A stretch of DNA of 64,000 bases from an uncultured Bacteroidales bacterium (GTDB lineage Bacteria; Bacteroidota; Bacteroidia; Bacteroidales; VadinHA17), in assembly GCA_963750735.1 (NCBI GenBank), contig CAVVRY010000016.1, positions 79,724-143,723 of the forward strand. Reading direction: 5' to 3'. The stretch's first letter is position 1. Every line of letters starts with the position of its first letter. The notes under the pieces are model-generated. The model saw nothing but the letters and a program-made list of their open reading frames with translations, was not told where the DNA came from and made no database searches. A program made the position numbers and the translations under genes. Of the stretch, positions 9,153-18,827 are shown piece after piece.

Positions 9153-11339
9153 TTATTCTTCCAGATTTGGTTCCTTGCCAAGAAAATGTTTGAACCAGAA
9201 TTGGGTTGTTTCACGCATTAAGTGAGTTCTCTTTGGGCCACCCCAGCCATGCCGTTTATTAGGGTACAATAGCAGGCTAAAATCCTTATCCAGATCTTCC
9301 AGTTTGTCAATGAATTGTATGGTGTTTTGCATATGTACATTATCATCGAGGGTGCCATGTGTGATTAACATTTTTCCTTTATACTGGTCGGCAAACTCAA
9401 TGGCAGATCCGTTTTTATATCCTTCAGGATTTTGCTCAGGTGTATCCATATACCTCTCAGTATATACATTGTCATATAGTTTCCAGTCAGTTACTGAGTA
9501 ATTGGCAATTCCATGAGTAAAATAATCTGCTCCTTTTGTCATTGCAATACAGGTCATATATCCACCATAACTGCCACCGGTTATCCCAATTTTTTCTGAG
9601 TCGATAAATGATTTTTCGCGCAACCATTTAACAGCTACAATGTAATCGTGTAATTCCCATTTTCCAAGGTTCCGGTGCATCAATTCTACGCCTTTTTTTC
9701 CAAAATGCCCTGTTGATCTATGGTCAACTATAAAAGTAATGATACCATTTTGGGCCAGATAATCTGCACTGAAAGTCCATCTGAATGAATTTCTAATTGA
9801 AGCAGCATTAGGACCACCATAAATCGAGAAAATTACAGGGTATTTCTTGTTTTCATCAAAATCAGGTGGCAATATCCACATGGCTGGTAAATCATATCCA
9901 TCCTCTGTAGGTATTGTAAACATCTCTACTTTCCCCCAGTTGTATTCATCCATGGCAGGAAGTTTTGAGTCACCCAGCATTTTTACTGGTTTACCATCAG
10001 TTGTAAATAATCCCATTTTCGATGGCATTTCATAATTGCTGTAAGTATCGTAGAAATATTTTCCACCTGGAGAAACGCTCACTCTATGTGTACCTGATGA
10101 GTTGGTCAGCCTCGTAAATTTTTTGCCATTCAGCTTTATAGAAAATAAATGGTTTTCAGCAGTAGCTCCACCAGTACCTGTGAAGTAAACAGTCTTGGTT
10201 TTTTCGTTTACAAGTGAAATACCTGTTACGCGCCATTCAAAATCTGTTACCTGGTTTACAAGGTTTCCTTGCATATCATAATGGTAAAGATTTCTCCATC
10301 CATTTTTATCACTTCTAAGCAACATTCCACTTCCATCTTCAAAAACATATACATCTTCAAAAAATTCAACCCAGCCTTTTTGCTTTTCAGTATAGATTGT
10401 TCTGATAGTACCATCAGTTGGATTAGAGGCATAAAAACTTAATTCATTCTGATCTCTATTCAGATACTGGTATATCAGTTCCTTTGAATCAGCTGTCCAG
10501 AAAGGCCATGCCACATAACGATCTTCGCTCTCGTTTGTTTCTATCCAAACAGTTTCACCAGTGTTAAGATGTGCTACCCCCAGTTTTACATAAGGATTTG
10601 GATCTCCAGGTTTAGGATAATGTGTGATTTCCAGAGAACCATTTACTCCATCGGCATTGAATAGCGGGAATTCAGGAACTGGTGAATCATCAAATCGAAG
10701 GTAAGCTATCATACTCGCATCAGGTGACCACCAAAAGGCCCTGTATCGTGAACCACGGCCCAGTATTTCCTCATAATAAACCCAGGAAGCATATCCATTC
10801 AATATAAGGTCTGAACCATCGTGTGTAAGTCGGGTTTCTTTACCTGACTCCAGGTCAACCAGGTATAAATCATTGTTGCGAGTAAAAGCAATTTTCTTAT
10901 TATCAGGCGAGAATGTAGTATTTTTTTCTTCTACATCAGAAAAAGTTAGTTGTTTTAAATCTCCTGTACTTGAGTTATAGTAATAAAGGTTATTTTCTTT
11001 AATGAGTATAAAATGGAGGAAGTCCTCAGTGCTGGCAGCAGCATTATTTATACTAAATCCATCTTTAAGTTTTTCACTGAAAGTAGAGTAATCAATATGT
11101 ATCGATTCTTTTCCACTCTTAGCTTCTACTTTATAGACTATTCTCTTTTTATCCTCAGTTTTCATTTCAAGGTAATGGTCACTATCCAGCCATCCTGTTA
11201 TTCTTGGAAGGGGTTTTGTCACCTTGGGCCGTTTCATACCGTAGGCTTCCTGGTAGGTTAAGTTTTTCTTCTGACCAAAGGACAAGGGTAAGGCCACAAG
11301 AAAGGCCAGTATAATTATCAGACTAAGATTTTTTTTCAT
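9153..11339 (-). CDS. dipeptidyl-peptidase IV (S9B prolyl oligopeptidase family)
   Basis: DPP-IV N-terminal propeller plus alpha/beta hydrolase domain, with GGSYGGYM (Ser), DDNVH and a C-terminal His region. I place the start at the internal MKKNLSLIIILAFLVALPLSFG signal peptide (11339). The longer track ORF (to 11423) would run through the rocD terminator. Confidence 0.9.
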   Translation of the reverse strand: MKKNLSLIIILAFLVALPLSFGQKKNLTYQEAYGMKRPKVTKPLPRITGWLDSDHYLEMKTEDKKRIVYKVEAKSGKESIHIDYSTFSEKLKDGFSINNAAASTEDFLHFILIKENNLYYYNSSTGDLKQLTFSDVEEKNTTFSPDNKKIAFTRNNDLYLVDLESGKETRLTHDGSDLILNGYASWVYYEEILGRGSRYRAFWWSPDASMIAYLRFDDSPVPEFPLFNADGVNGSLEITHYPKPGDPNPYVKLGVAHLNTGETVWIETNESEDRYVAWPFWTADSKELIYQYLNRDQNELSFYASNPTDGTIRTIYTEKQKGWVEFFEDVYVFEDGSGMLLRSDKNGWRNLYHYDMQGNLVNQVTDFEWRVTGISLVNEKTKTVYFTGTGGATAENHLFSIKLNGKKFTRLTNSSGTHRVSVSPGGKYFYDTYSNYEMPSKMGLFTTDGKPVKMLGDSKLPAMDEYNWGKVEMFTIPTEDGYDLPAMWILPPDFDENKKYPVIFSIYGGPNAASIRNSFRWTFSADYLAQNGIITFIVDHRSTGHFGKKGVELMHRNLGKWELHDYIVAVKWLREKSFIDSEKIGITGGSYGGYMTCIAMTKGADYFTHGIANYSVTDWKLYDNVYTERYMDTPEQNPEGYKNGSAIEFADQYKGKMLITHGTLDDNVHMQNTIQFIDKLEDLDKDFSLLLYPNKRHGWGGPKRTHLMRETTQFWFKHFLGKEPNLEE

Positions 11340-11380
11340 AATGCACTGTTTTTGTTTTGATTTTGGACTAAGTTGGAGAA

Positions 11381-11410
11381 TTAATAATAAAAGGCCGGTT
11401 TCCCGACCTT
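11381..11410 (-). terminator. Rho-independent terminator of rocD
   Basis: On the minus strand, AAGGUCGG-GAAA-CCGGCCUU (11410-11391) forms 8 bp with a GNRA tetraloop, followed by UUAUUAUU. It lies 5 nt after the rocD stop. Confidence 0.6.
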
Positions 11411-11415
11411 CTAAT

Positions 11416-12628
11416 TCATTCAAATTCTTTAAACGTTGTTTTTATAATTTCCATGGCCTCGCGTAATTGCTCCTCGGTAATTACAAGAGGAGGTGCAAAG
11501 CGGATAATATGATCATGGGTTGGTTTTGCAATAAGACCATTCTCTTTCATAGCAAGGCATACATCCCAGGCTGTTTTCGCACCTTTTGGTTTAATTACAA
11601 CAGCATTGAGGAGACCTTTTCCTCTTACCGCACCAATCATATCAGACTTGATGGAAGAAAATTCATTGCGAAAGATCTTCCCCAATCTTTCTGAATTCTC
11701 AGCCAAATTCTCATCTCTAACTACTTCTAAAGCAGCGATTGCTACTTTTGCTGCCACAGGATTACCTCCAAATGTCGACCCATGCTCTCCTGGTTTGATT
11801 GTGAGCATCACATCGTCGTCAGCTAAAACAGCTGATACTGGATATACTCCGCCCGAAAGGGCTTTCCCGAGAATAAGGATATCAGGACGAACATTTTCGT
11901 GGTCACAGGCAAGGAGTTTCCCGGTACGGGCAATTCCGGTTTGAACCTCATCGGCTATAAAAAGAACATTTTTTTCTTTGCACATCTCCCAGGCTTTTTC
12001 AAGGTAGCCTTCATCCGGTACATGCACACCTGCTTCGCCCTGTATTGGTTCCACCAGGAATCCTGCGACATTTGGATCTTCTAGTTCTTTTTCGAGAGCA
12101 TCCAGGTCGTTGTAAGGAATAGTAATAAAACCAGGTGTATACGGACCAAAATCTTTTTTAGCGTCGGGATCAGTTGACATAGAAATAATGGTAATGGTCC
12201 GGCCATGAAAATTCTCAGCACAGACAATTATTTTCGCCTGATTCTTCAGGGATTCCTTTTACGGTATAGGCCCATTTTCTACATAGCTTCAAAGCTGTTT
12301 CATCGCCCTCTGCACCAGTGTTCATTGGCAATACTTTATCGTAACCAAAATATTTGGTGATAAACTCTTCGTATTCACCCAACGCACTTGCATAAAATGC
12401 TCTGGAGGTAAGAGTTAGCTGTTTGGCCTGTTCTGTCATAGCTCCAATTATTTTTGGATGGCAATGCCCTTGGTTTACTGCAGAATAAGCCGATAGGAAG
12501 TCAAAATATCGCTTTCCTTCCACATCCCAAACATATACTCCTTCGCCCTTATCCAATACTACCGGCAAAGGATGATAGTTATGTGCTCCGTACTTATCTT
12601 CCCGGTTGATGTAATCCTTTGTATTCAT
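11416..12628 (-). pseudogene. rocD: ornithine aminotransferase, reading frame broken by one extra base
   Basis: The N-fragment 12215..12628 ([46 protein letters not shown]) and C-fragment 11416..12180 ([15 protein letters not shown], class-III PLP fold) are contiguous. Dropping one base in gaagaat (about 12241-12250) gives [29 protein letters not shown]. Confidence 0.85.
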
Positions 12629-12874
12629 TGTTTTATTTAATTTTTAAGGTGACTAAACTATATATTCTATAATTTTAATTATACTTAATTGTCTGGATCT
12701 CAATCAAAAGAAATATTGACCCCAGTCTGTTAAATTAATATTACAAAAGAAAGACTTGTTTACAAGAATTCAAAGATAAACAATCTGTTTTACACCATAT
12801 ATTTTTAACTCTTATTTATCTAATAATGAAAATATTTACCATGTTCTTGATAATAACTAATCAAGTCAGATTGT

Positions 12875-12882
12875 TATATTTG
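12875..12882 (+). promoter_or_regulatory. Bacteroidota-type -7 box (TAnnTTTG) upstream of the nitroreductase gene
   Basis: tatatttg lies 18 nt before the ATG at 12901. Confidence 0.35.
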
Positions 12883-12900
12883 TAAATAAACATTAAAGCT

Positions 12901-13482
12901 ATGGGAACAGAATCACAAAAGTTACACCCAATTATAAAAAACAGGATTAGTCCTTATGCCTTTTCAGAGCAGCCAATAGAAAAAGAGGATCTATTGTTAT
13001 TGTTTGATGCAGCCAGAAGAGCTCCATCAAGTTTCAATGAGCAGCCATGGCGATTTGTTTATGCTACAAAAGATGCTGAGGATGAATTTAATAAATTACT
13101 ATCCATTCTGATGGAAGGAAACAAAACCTGGGCAATAAATGCCCCTGTAATAGGAATAAGCATTGCTAAATTAAATTTTAGCTATAATGGGAATCCCAAC
13201 CGTTTTGCCATTTATGATGTAGGTCAGGCTATGGGAGGTCTATTGGCACAAGCAACCAGTATGGGTATCAAGGTGCATCAGATGGGAGGTTATTACCTCG
13301 ATAAGGCAAGTGATGTGCTGGGTCTGCCAATGGGATATGAGCCCGTTGCCATGTTTGTTTTAGGATATCCTGGTGATCCGGAAGATCTTCCTGATGATTT
13401 GAAAAGAAAAGAGCTAAGGAAGCGATCCCGGAAATCAATAGAGGAATTTGTATCCTTTGGAAATTTCAATTTTGAAAGCTAA
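12901..13482 (+). CDS. nitroreductase family protein
   Basis: 193 aa. RRAPSSFNEQPWRF and the following layout are typical of the NfsA/NfsB-type FMN nitroreductase fold. Confidence 0.8.
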   Translation: MGTESQKLHPIIKNRISPYAFSEQPIEKEDLLLLFDAARRAPSSFNEQPWRFVYATKDAEDEFNKLLSILMEGNKTWAINAPVIGISIAKLNFSYNGNPNRFAIYDVGQAMGGLLAQATSMGIKVHQMGGYYLDKASDVLGLPMGYEPVAMFVLGYPGDPEDLPDDLKRKELRKRSRKSIEEFVSFGNFNFES

Positions 13483-13483
13483 A

Positions 13484-13714
13484 ATGGCCCCAAAAAGGTA
13501 GTACATTTTACACATGAAATTAAGTTTGACATTGTGTTTAGAATTGAAGTGGATATTTTGGGAAACGATTCCTGGGTAGACCTATAAAAAGATAAAGGTA
13601 CCTGCTGAGGGGTATACATTTCATGTTTTTCCTGACGGATATTCAGCCCAATGGGTAAGGGTAGTTCCTTTGCAGGATGTGAAAAATGCGACGGTTCATT
13701 TTGTATATAACTAG
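13484..13714 (+). pseudogene. degenerate coding remnant (about 76 codons) needing two frame corrections
   Basis: MAPK (frame 2) continues as KVVHFTHEIKFDIVFRIEVDILGNDSWVD (frame 1), then YKKIKVPAEGYTFHVFPDGYSAQWVRVVPLQDVKNATVHFVYN* (frame 2). The breaks are at the A5 run 13492-13496 and near 13581-13583. It reads like the C-terminal end of a larger protein. Confidence 0.4.
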
Positions 13715-13722
13715 AAAGCTAA

Positions 13723-15523
13723 ATGCATTTAAAGAAGCTATTCATGGCCAATACAATACTTTCCATCCTGTTAGTGTCTTTATTCTCACTTAATAGTTTC
13801 TCTCAGTCATATTTAATTGAAGCAGAAAGCTTTAAAGAGAAAGGTGGCTGGTTGGTAGATCCTCAATTTGTAGAGCAGATGGGTTCCCCTTATTTGCTTG
13901 CCCATGGTCTGGGAACTCCTGTAGAAACTGCAAAAACTGAACTTTCATTAGTAAAAACAGGCAATTATTTTATTTGGGTAAGAACCATGAACTGGGCTCC
14001 TGGCGATTGGGAGGCTCCAGGTCGTTTTAAATTGCGAATAAATGGAGTTGAATTAGAAACAGTATTGGGCACCGAGCCCGACTGGGACTGGCAGCTGGCA
14101 GGCAGTGCAAATTTAAAGAAGGGAAAGAACATCCTTGAATTAATTGATCTTACGGGTTTTGAAGCCAGGTGTGATGCAATTTATCTTTCAGAAGAGAGAA
14201 TGCAACCTCCAACAAATCTGAAAGAATTGGGGATTTGGCGTAAGCAGCAATTGTCTGAATCGGAAATACCTGTGCAAAATGAGGATTTTGACCTGGTAAT
14301 TGTGGGTGGGGGGATCGCAGGTTGTGCAGCCTCTATTGCTGCTGCTGAACAGGGATTGCATGTGGCATTAATACACGATAGACCGGTGTTGGGGGGAAAT
14401 GCCAGCAGTGAGATACGGGTTCATACCGAAGGTATTACCTGGAATTCAGACAGGATTTTAAGCATGATTAATACAAAATGGTGGCCAAATGGATCTCCTG
14501 AGTCAAAATTGGATGATAAAAAGAGACACCAGAATATTGAAAAATATGACAACATCTCTCTTTTCCTTAACTGGCGGGCTTATACTACCCATACTGAAAA
14601 CAAAACCATTACCTCTATTGATGCGAAGCATACTTCCACCGGTGAAAGAAAGCGTTTTACAGCTCCACTTTTCATTGATTGTACTGGAGATGGATGGATT
14701 GGCTATCTGGGCCGGAGCGGATTATATGTATGGTCGGGAGGAGTCAAAGAAATTCAATGAAAGATGGGATAAATATGGTGAATTGTGGAGTCCGGAAAAA
14801 GCGGATAACAGGGTGATGGGTTCCTCTGTATTGTGGAGATCAGAGAAATCGGATAAACCTGTTGAATTTCCTGAAGTGCCCTGGGCCATGGAAGTTGCAA
14901 ATTCATATGTTGCTATGAAAGGTACCTGGAAATGGGAGTACTCAAACAATGATTTGCATCAAATTGAGGATGCCGAACAGATTAGAGACCATATGCTGAA
15001 AGCCATTTATGGTTCTTTTTACAATGCCAAAGAAAAACCCGGTAATGAAAATTTAAAACTGGAATGGGTTTCTTATCTGATAGGTAAACGGGAATCCAGG
15101 AGGTTGGTAGGTGATTATATTTATACCTTCAATGACGTTAGAGAAATGAGGGAGTTTCAGGATGCTGTAGTTAAAGAAAAAAGACCTGTTGATGTGCACT
15201 ATCAACAAAATTTAAAAGATCCACAGAAGCCTGATTTTCTTTCTGAAGCTTTGTATTACAATGTTGATTATTATTATCTCCCTTTCAGAAGTCTTTATTC
15301 AAAAAATATTGGAAATCTGTTGATGGCAGGCCGATGTTTTAGTTGCTCTCATATTGGCCTTGGTGGCCCCAGGGTAATGCATACCACAGGGCAAATGGGT
15401 GTAGCCGTCGGCTATGCGGCTTCTTTGTGTAAAAAATATAATACCCAGCCGAGAGGTGTTTATGACAAGCACATTATCGAATTGCAGGAATTAATAACTA
15501 AAGGAGGTGAAGCTATTCAATAG
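13723..15523 (+). pseudogene. FAD-dependent oxidoreductase with N-terminal carbohydrate-binding-like domain, frame broken by one extra base
   Basis: Signal peptide, a beta-sandwich-like N-domain (YLIEAESFKEKGGW...ARCDAIYLSEE), and the dinucleotide fold VIVGGGIAGCAAS...LGGNASSE. The track fragments 13723..14760 and 14489..15523 join as FIDCTGDGWIGY/WAGADYMYGRE if the c at about 14707 is removed. Confidence 0.8.
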
Positions 15524-15553
15524 GGTTGGCAGCATTTAATTAGTTATTTTTCA

Positions 15554-16138
15554 ATGAATATTTTTATGAAAAGATCATTAATATTTTCTATTCTGTCATT
15601 CTTAGTTTTTGCTTGCCACGGACAGGAAACTGTTCAATGTAATATTAAAACTTCAATGGGGGATATTTCAATTGAATTATATCCTGAAGAAGCACCTCTT
15701 ACAGTTAAGAATTTTCTATTGTATGTTGACAATGCTTTGTACGACCAAAGTAGCTTTTTTCGTGTTTGTACACCTGAAAATGAAGCTGATAGGAAGATAA
15801 AGATTGAAGTGATCCAGGGGGGTGGCGTCCCGGAGGAAAAACTGTTTGATCCTATTGCCATTGAAACAACAAAAACAACCGGTTTAAAACATCAGGATGG
15901 AACAATTTCAATGGCCAGGGGAGAACCAAATACCGCCCAGAGTAGCTTTTTTATTTGTATTAATGATCAGCCCGAATTGGACTTTGGAGGAAAGAGAAAT
16001 CCCGATGGACAGGGTTTTGCTGCCTTTGGAAAGGTAATCAGAGGAATGGAAACAGTAAAATTGATTCAACAGCAAGAAGATAAGGGCCAATTTATGATTG
16101 AACCAGTAATCATATTATCAGTAAAAAGAATTGAATAA
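15554..16138 (+). CDS. cyclophilin-type peptidyl-prolyl cis-trans isomerase, secreted
   Basis: Signal peptide, then GDISIELYPEEAPLTVKNFLLYV...FFRV...GTISMARG...SSFFICI. Confidence 0.9.
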   Translation: MNIFMKRSLIFSILSFLVFACHGQETVQCNIKTSMGDISIELYPEEAPLTVKNFLLYVDNALYDQSSFFRVCTPENEADRKIKIEVIQGGGVPEEKLFDPIAIETTKTTGLKHQDGTISMARGEPNTAQSSFFICINDQPELDFGGKRNPDGQGFAAFGKVIRGMETVKLIQQQEDKGQFMIEPVIILSVKRIE

Positions 16139-16176
16139 CAAGTGAACTCGAAGTTACATTTAATTATAATTTGAAG

Positions 16177-16737
16177 ATGAATAATAAAGCAAATGCCAAA
16201 AAAGATGTAGCAATGCCAAACATCGCATTTCGGATTATGAGCGGGATTTTTTGGATTATGGACCTTTTCAAACCGGTTGCTAAAAACATTGACGAGTTTA
16301 ATATAGTTGAGGGTTCCACAATTATGGATTATGGTTGTGGGCCGGGAAGACATATTAAAAGGGCCGCTGAGCTGGTAGGAACCAGTGGGTTAGTGTATGC
16401 TGTGGATATTCATGAGCTTGCAATATCGTCTGTTCAGGAAATCATTGAAAAATACACTCTCAAAAATGTGGCTACAGTATTATCCGATGGAAGTAATATT
16501 GATTTAGATGATGATTCATTGGACCTAATTTATGCACTCGATATGTTTCATATGGTGAAAAATCCTGATATACTCCTGAAGGAATTAAACCGGCTTTCAA
16601 AAAAGACTGGTGTTTTATTTCTTGAAGATGGTCACCAGCCCCGTTCTCTTGCGCGAAAGAAGATTTTAGATTCCGGTTTATGGGAAATAGTAAACGAGCA
16701 AAAAAAGTATGTTAAATGCTCTCCACTCCATAAATGA
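16177..16737 (+). CDS. class I SAM-dependent methyltransferase
   Basis: Motif I is IMDYGCGPGRH, followed by VYAVDI and a downstream acidic loop. I prefer the ATG at 16177 over the TTG at 16171. Confidence 0.8.
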   Translation: MNNKANAKKDVAMPNIAFRIMSGIFWIMDLFKPVAKNIDEFNIVEGSTIMDYGCGPGRHIKRAAELVGTSGLVYAVDIHELAISSVQEIIEKYTLKNVATVLSDGSNIDLDDDSLDLIYALDMFHMVKNPDILLKELNRLSKKTGVLFLEDGHQPRSLARKKILDSGLWEIVNEQKKYVKCSPLHK

Positions 16738-16788
16738 TAAACTTAATACTTTGACTTCTTTTCAGATATATTTGCCCTATCTTTGATT

Positions 16789-16820
16789 TTGTTAATAAAA
16801 CGCACCGGTTGTTAATAAAA
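16789..16820. repeat. 12-nt direct repeat ttgttaataaaa x2, 20-nt register
   Basis: Copies at 16789-16800 and 16809-16820, in the intergenic region upstream of the 16909 ORF. Confidence 0.3.
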
Positions 16821-16908
16821 TGGTAGTTATAATGCCTATTGTACAAGAGATTCATAATCTTTTAATTTAAAAGAAATAAGTATCTTTCGATAGTTTAATA
16901 ATAGTTGA

Positions 16909-17349
16909 ATGGAAGGTTTAATTAAGTATAAAATATTAAAAGAAAGAAAAGTAATAATCCACTGTTATGGGGGAAAGGTTTGTATAGCGCAGATTAAAGA
17001 AAATGCCCTCAAGTTAATGGAAGATAAGGATTTTAGTCCTGATTTTGATGAAATTACAGATTTAAGGAATTCTGAACTTGTTTTTAACCACAAAGATGAC
17101 ATTTTAAATTATATTCGATTTCTAAAAACAAAACCATCCTACCTTTCAAAAAGGAAGATTGCCGTACTTACCAATTCACCTGATCACGTTGTAAAATCAA
17201 CTCTTTACAAGGGATTCGGAAATAGCCTGCCAATGAGACCACAGGTCTTTTCAACTTTTGAATCCATAAAGAACTATCTGGATATTCCGGATTTCTCAGA
17301 ACAGGAATTTAATTATATCGTTTCCTGGATGCGGGATTCCAAAGTTTAA
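16909..17349 (+). CDS. hypothetical protein (146 aa)
   Basis: Clean ATG ORF with no antisense competitor. No motif recognised. Confidence 0.5.
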   Translation: MEGLIKYKILKERKVIIHCYGGKVCIAQIKENALKLMEDKDFSPDFDEITDLRNSELVFNHKDDILNYIRFLKTKPSYLSKRKIAVLTNSPDHVVKSTLYKGFGNSLPMRPQVFSTFESIKNYLDIPDFSEQEFNYIVSWMRDSKV

Positions 17350-17423
17350 TTATTGGATTAGACTTACGGTAATTAGGGATGGAAACCTTCATTCCGGTAC
17401 TGCCTTCATTTCTTTATTTGTTC

Positions 17424-17431
17424 TATATTTG
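17424..17431 (+). promoter_or_regulatory. TAnnTTTG -7 box upstream of the OM transporter gene
   Basis: tatatttg lies 40 nt before the GTG start at 17472. Confidence 0.35.
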
Positions 17432-17471
17432 TTCAAATTTACAGCCCAAATTCTAATATAAACTTTATCTG

Positions 17472-18242
17472 GTGAGAATAGTTATATCATTTATATTTCT
17501 TCTGTTATTTGGAATGTCAATGCAAATTGGCGCACAAACTATCATAACTGATAGACCTGATCAAACAGAATCATCCACCACAATTCCTTTTAAAAGTTTC
17601 CAGATTGAGAGCGGATTCCTACTGGGATATTGGGAGTTCAGCAATGAGAGTGAAAGATTGGCTCTTGGGCCATCGACACTTTTTAGGTACGGCCTGGCAA
17701 AATGGTTAGAGGTACGGCTTGTTAGCGAATATGCAAATCTTAAAGTTACCTCTGGGAATACTTCTACAAGCTATCCGGGATTTTTGGATCTGCAGATTGG
17801 AGCAAAAGTGCAAATTTTTAAAAAGGAAAATGTAAATACTGAAATAGCTTTTATTTCTCATCTGGTTGCTCCATCCGGGTCATCGGAATTAAGTACAGGT
17901 AAAGTGGGGGTGATAAATAAATTGGCATTTTCTCATTCGCTAAGTAAACAGGTTGGATTGGGTTACAATATCGGATACGATTTTCTTGGTGAAGGTACCA
18001 ATATACTCACTTATTCTCTCGTATTTGGTTTTAGTCTTACTGATAAATTGGGAGCTTATTTGGAACCTTATGGAGAATGGATCAATTTTGAGGACTTTCT
18101 AGCCAATTTTAATGCAGGTTTAACTTATCTGATAAAATATAACTTCCAGCTTGATTTTTCTTTCGGAACCGGACTGAATCATAAAATGAACTTCCTGTCA
18201 GTTGGTTTAAGTTGGAATATTGGCAGCAAACCCGAAGTTTAG
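17472..18242 (+). CDS. outer-membrane transporter, MetA-pathway/phenol-degradation-like beta-barrel
   Basis: Signal peptide followed by ITDRPDQTESSTTIP, which is the family-typical N-terminus. The body has a strand pattern and ends ...LSWNIG. Confidence 0.65.
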   Translation: MRIVISFIFLLLFGMSMQIGAQTIITDRPDQTESSTTIPFKSFQIESGFLLGYWEFSNESERLALGPSTLFRYGLAKWLEVRLVSEYANLKVTSGNTSTSYPGFLDLQIGAKVQIFKKENVNTEIAFISHLVAPSGSSELSTGKVGVINKLAFSHSLSKQVGLGYNIGYDFLGEGTNILTYSLVFGFSLTDKLGAYLEPYGEWINFEDFLANFNAGLTYLIKYNFQLDFSFGTGLNHKMNFLSVGLSWNIGSKPEV

Positions 18243-18285
18243 ATACGGATAATTAGTTTCTAATTTGTAACTGAAACCATTGAAG

Positions 18286-18716
18286 ATGAAAAGTAGTAAG
18301 AAAAAAGGTAACTGGTGTTGGGGGAATATTTTTTAAGTGCAAAGACACCGAGAAAATGAAAGATTGGTACAACCAAAATCTAGGATTGGTTACCAATGAA
18401 TATGGTTCTTTATTCGAAACCCGGCAATCAGATAATCCAGATGAGAAGGCCTACCTGCAATGGAGTCCCTTTCCTGAGAATACCGATTATTTCAAACCCT
18501 CGGAAAAAGAATTTATGATCAATTACAGGGTGGAGAATATGGAGGAATTGGTTGAAGAACTAAAGCAAGAATGGAGTCACTATCCTGGATTCAATTGAAA
18601 GGTATGAATACGGCAAATTTGTTCATATCCTTGATCCTGAGAACAATAAAATTGAACTCTGGGAACCGGTGGATAGTGTTTTTACTAAATTATACGATGG
18701 GAAGACCACCAAATAG
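18286..18716 (+). pseudogene. VOC (glyoxalase/bleomycin-resistance fold) protein, two frame breaks
   Basis: MKSSKKK (frame 1) continues as VTGVGGIFFKCKDTEKMKDWYNQNLGL...ELKQE (frame 2), then GVTILDSIERYEYGKFVHILDPENNKIELWEPV...* (frame 3). The breaks are at the A6 run 18301-18306 and near 18572. Confidence 0.7.
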
Positions 18717-18827
18717 TGAAATTTTCATTGCTCTTTACTTTTTCTTATTTATTTGAGTACTAAAGGGTTTTTCATACCTTCGCTTATAAATCAAATTAAT
18801 TAGCTTGAAAAATTACTCACAATTCCT

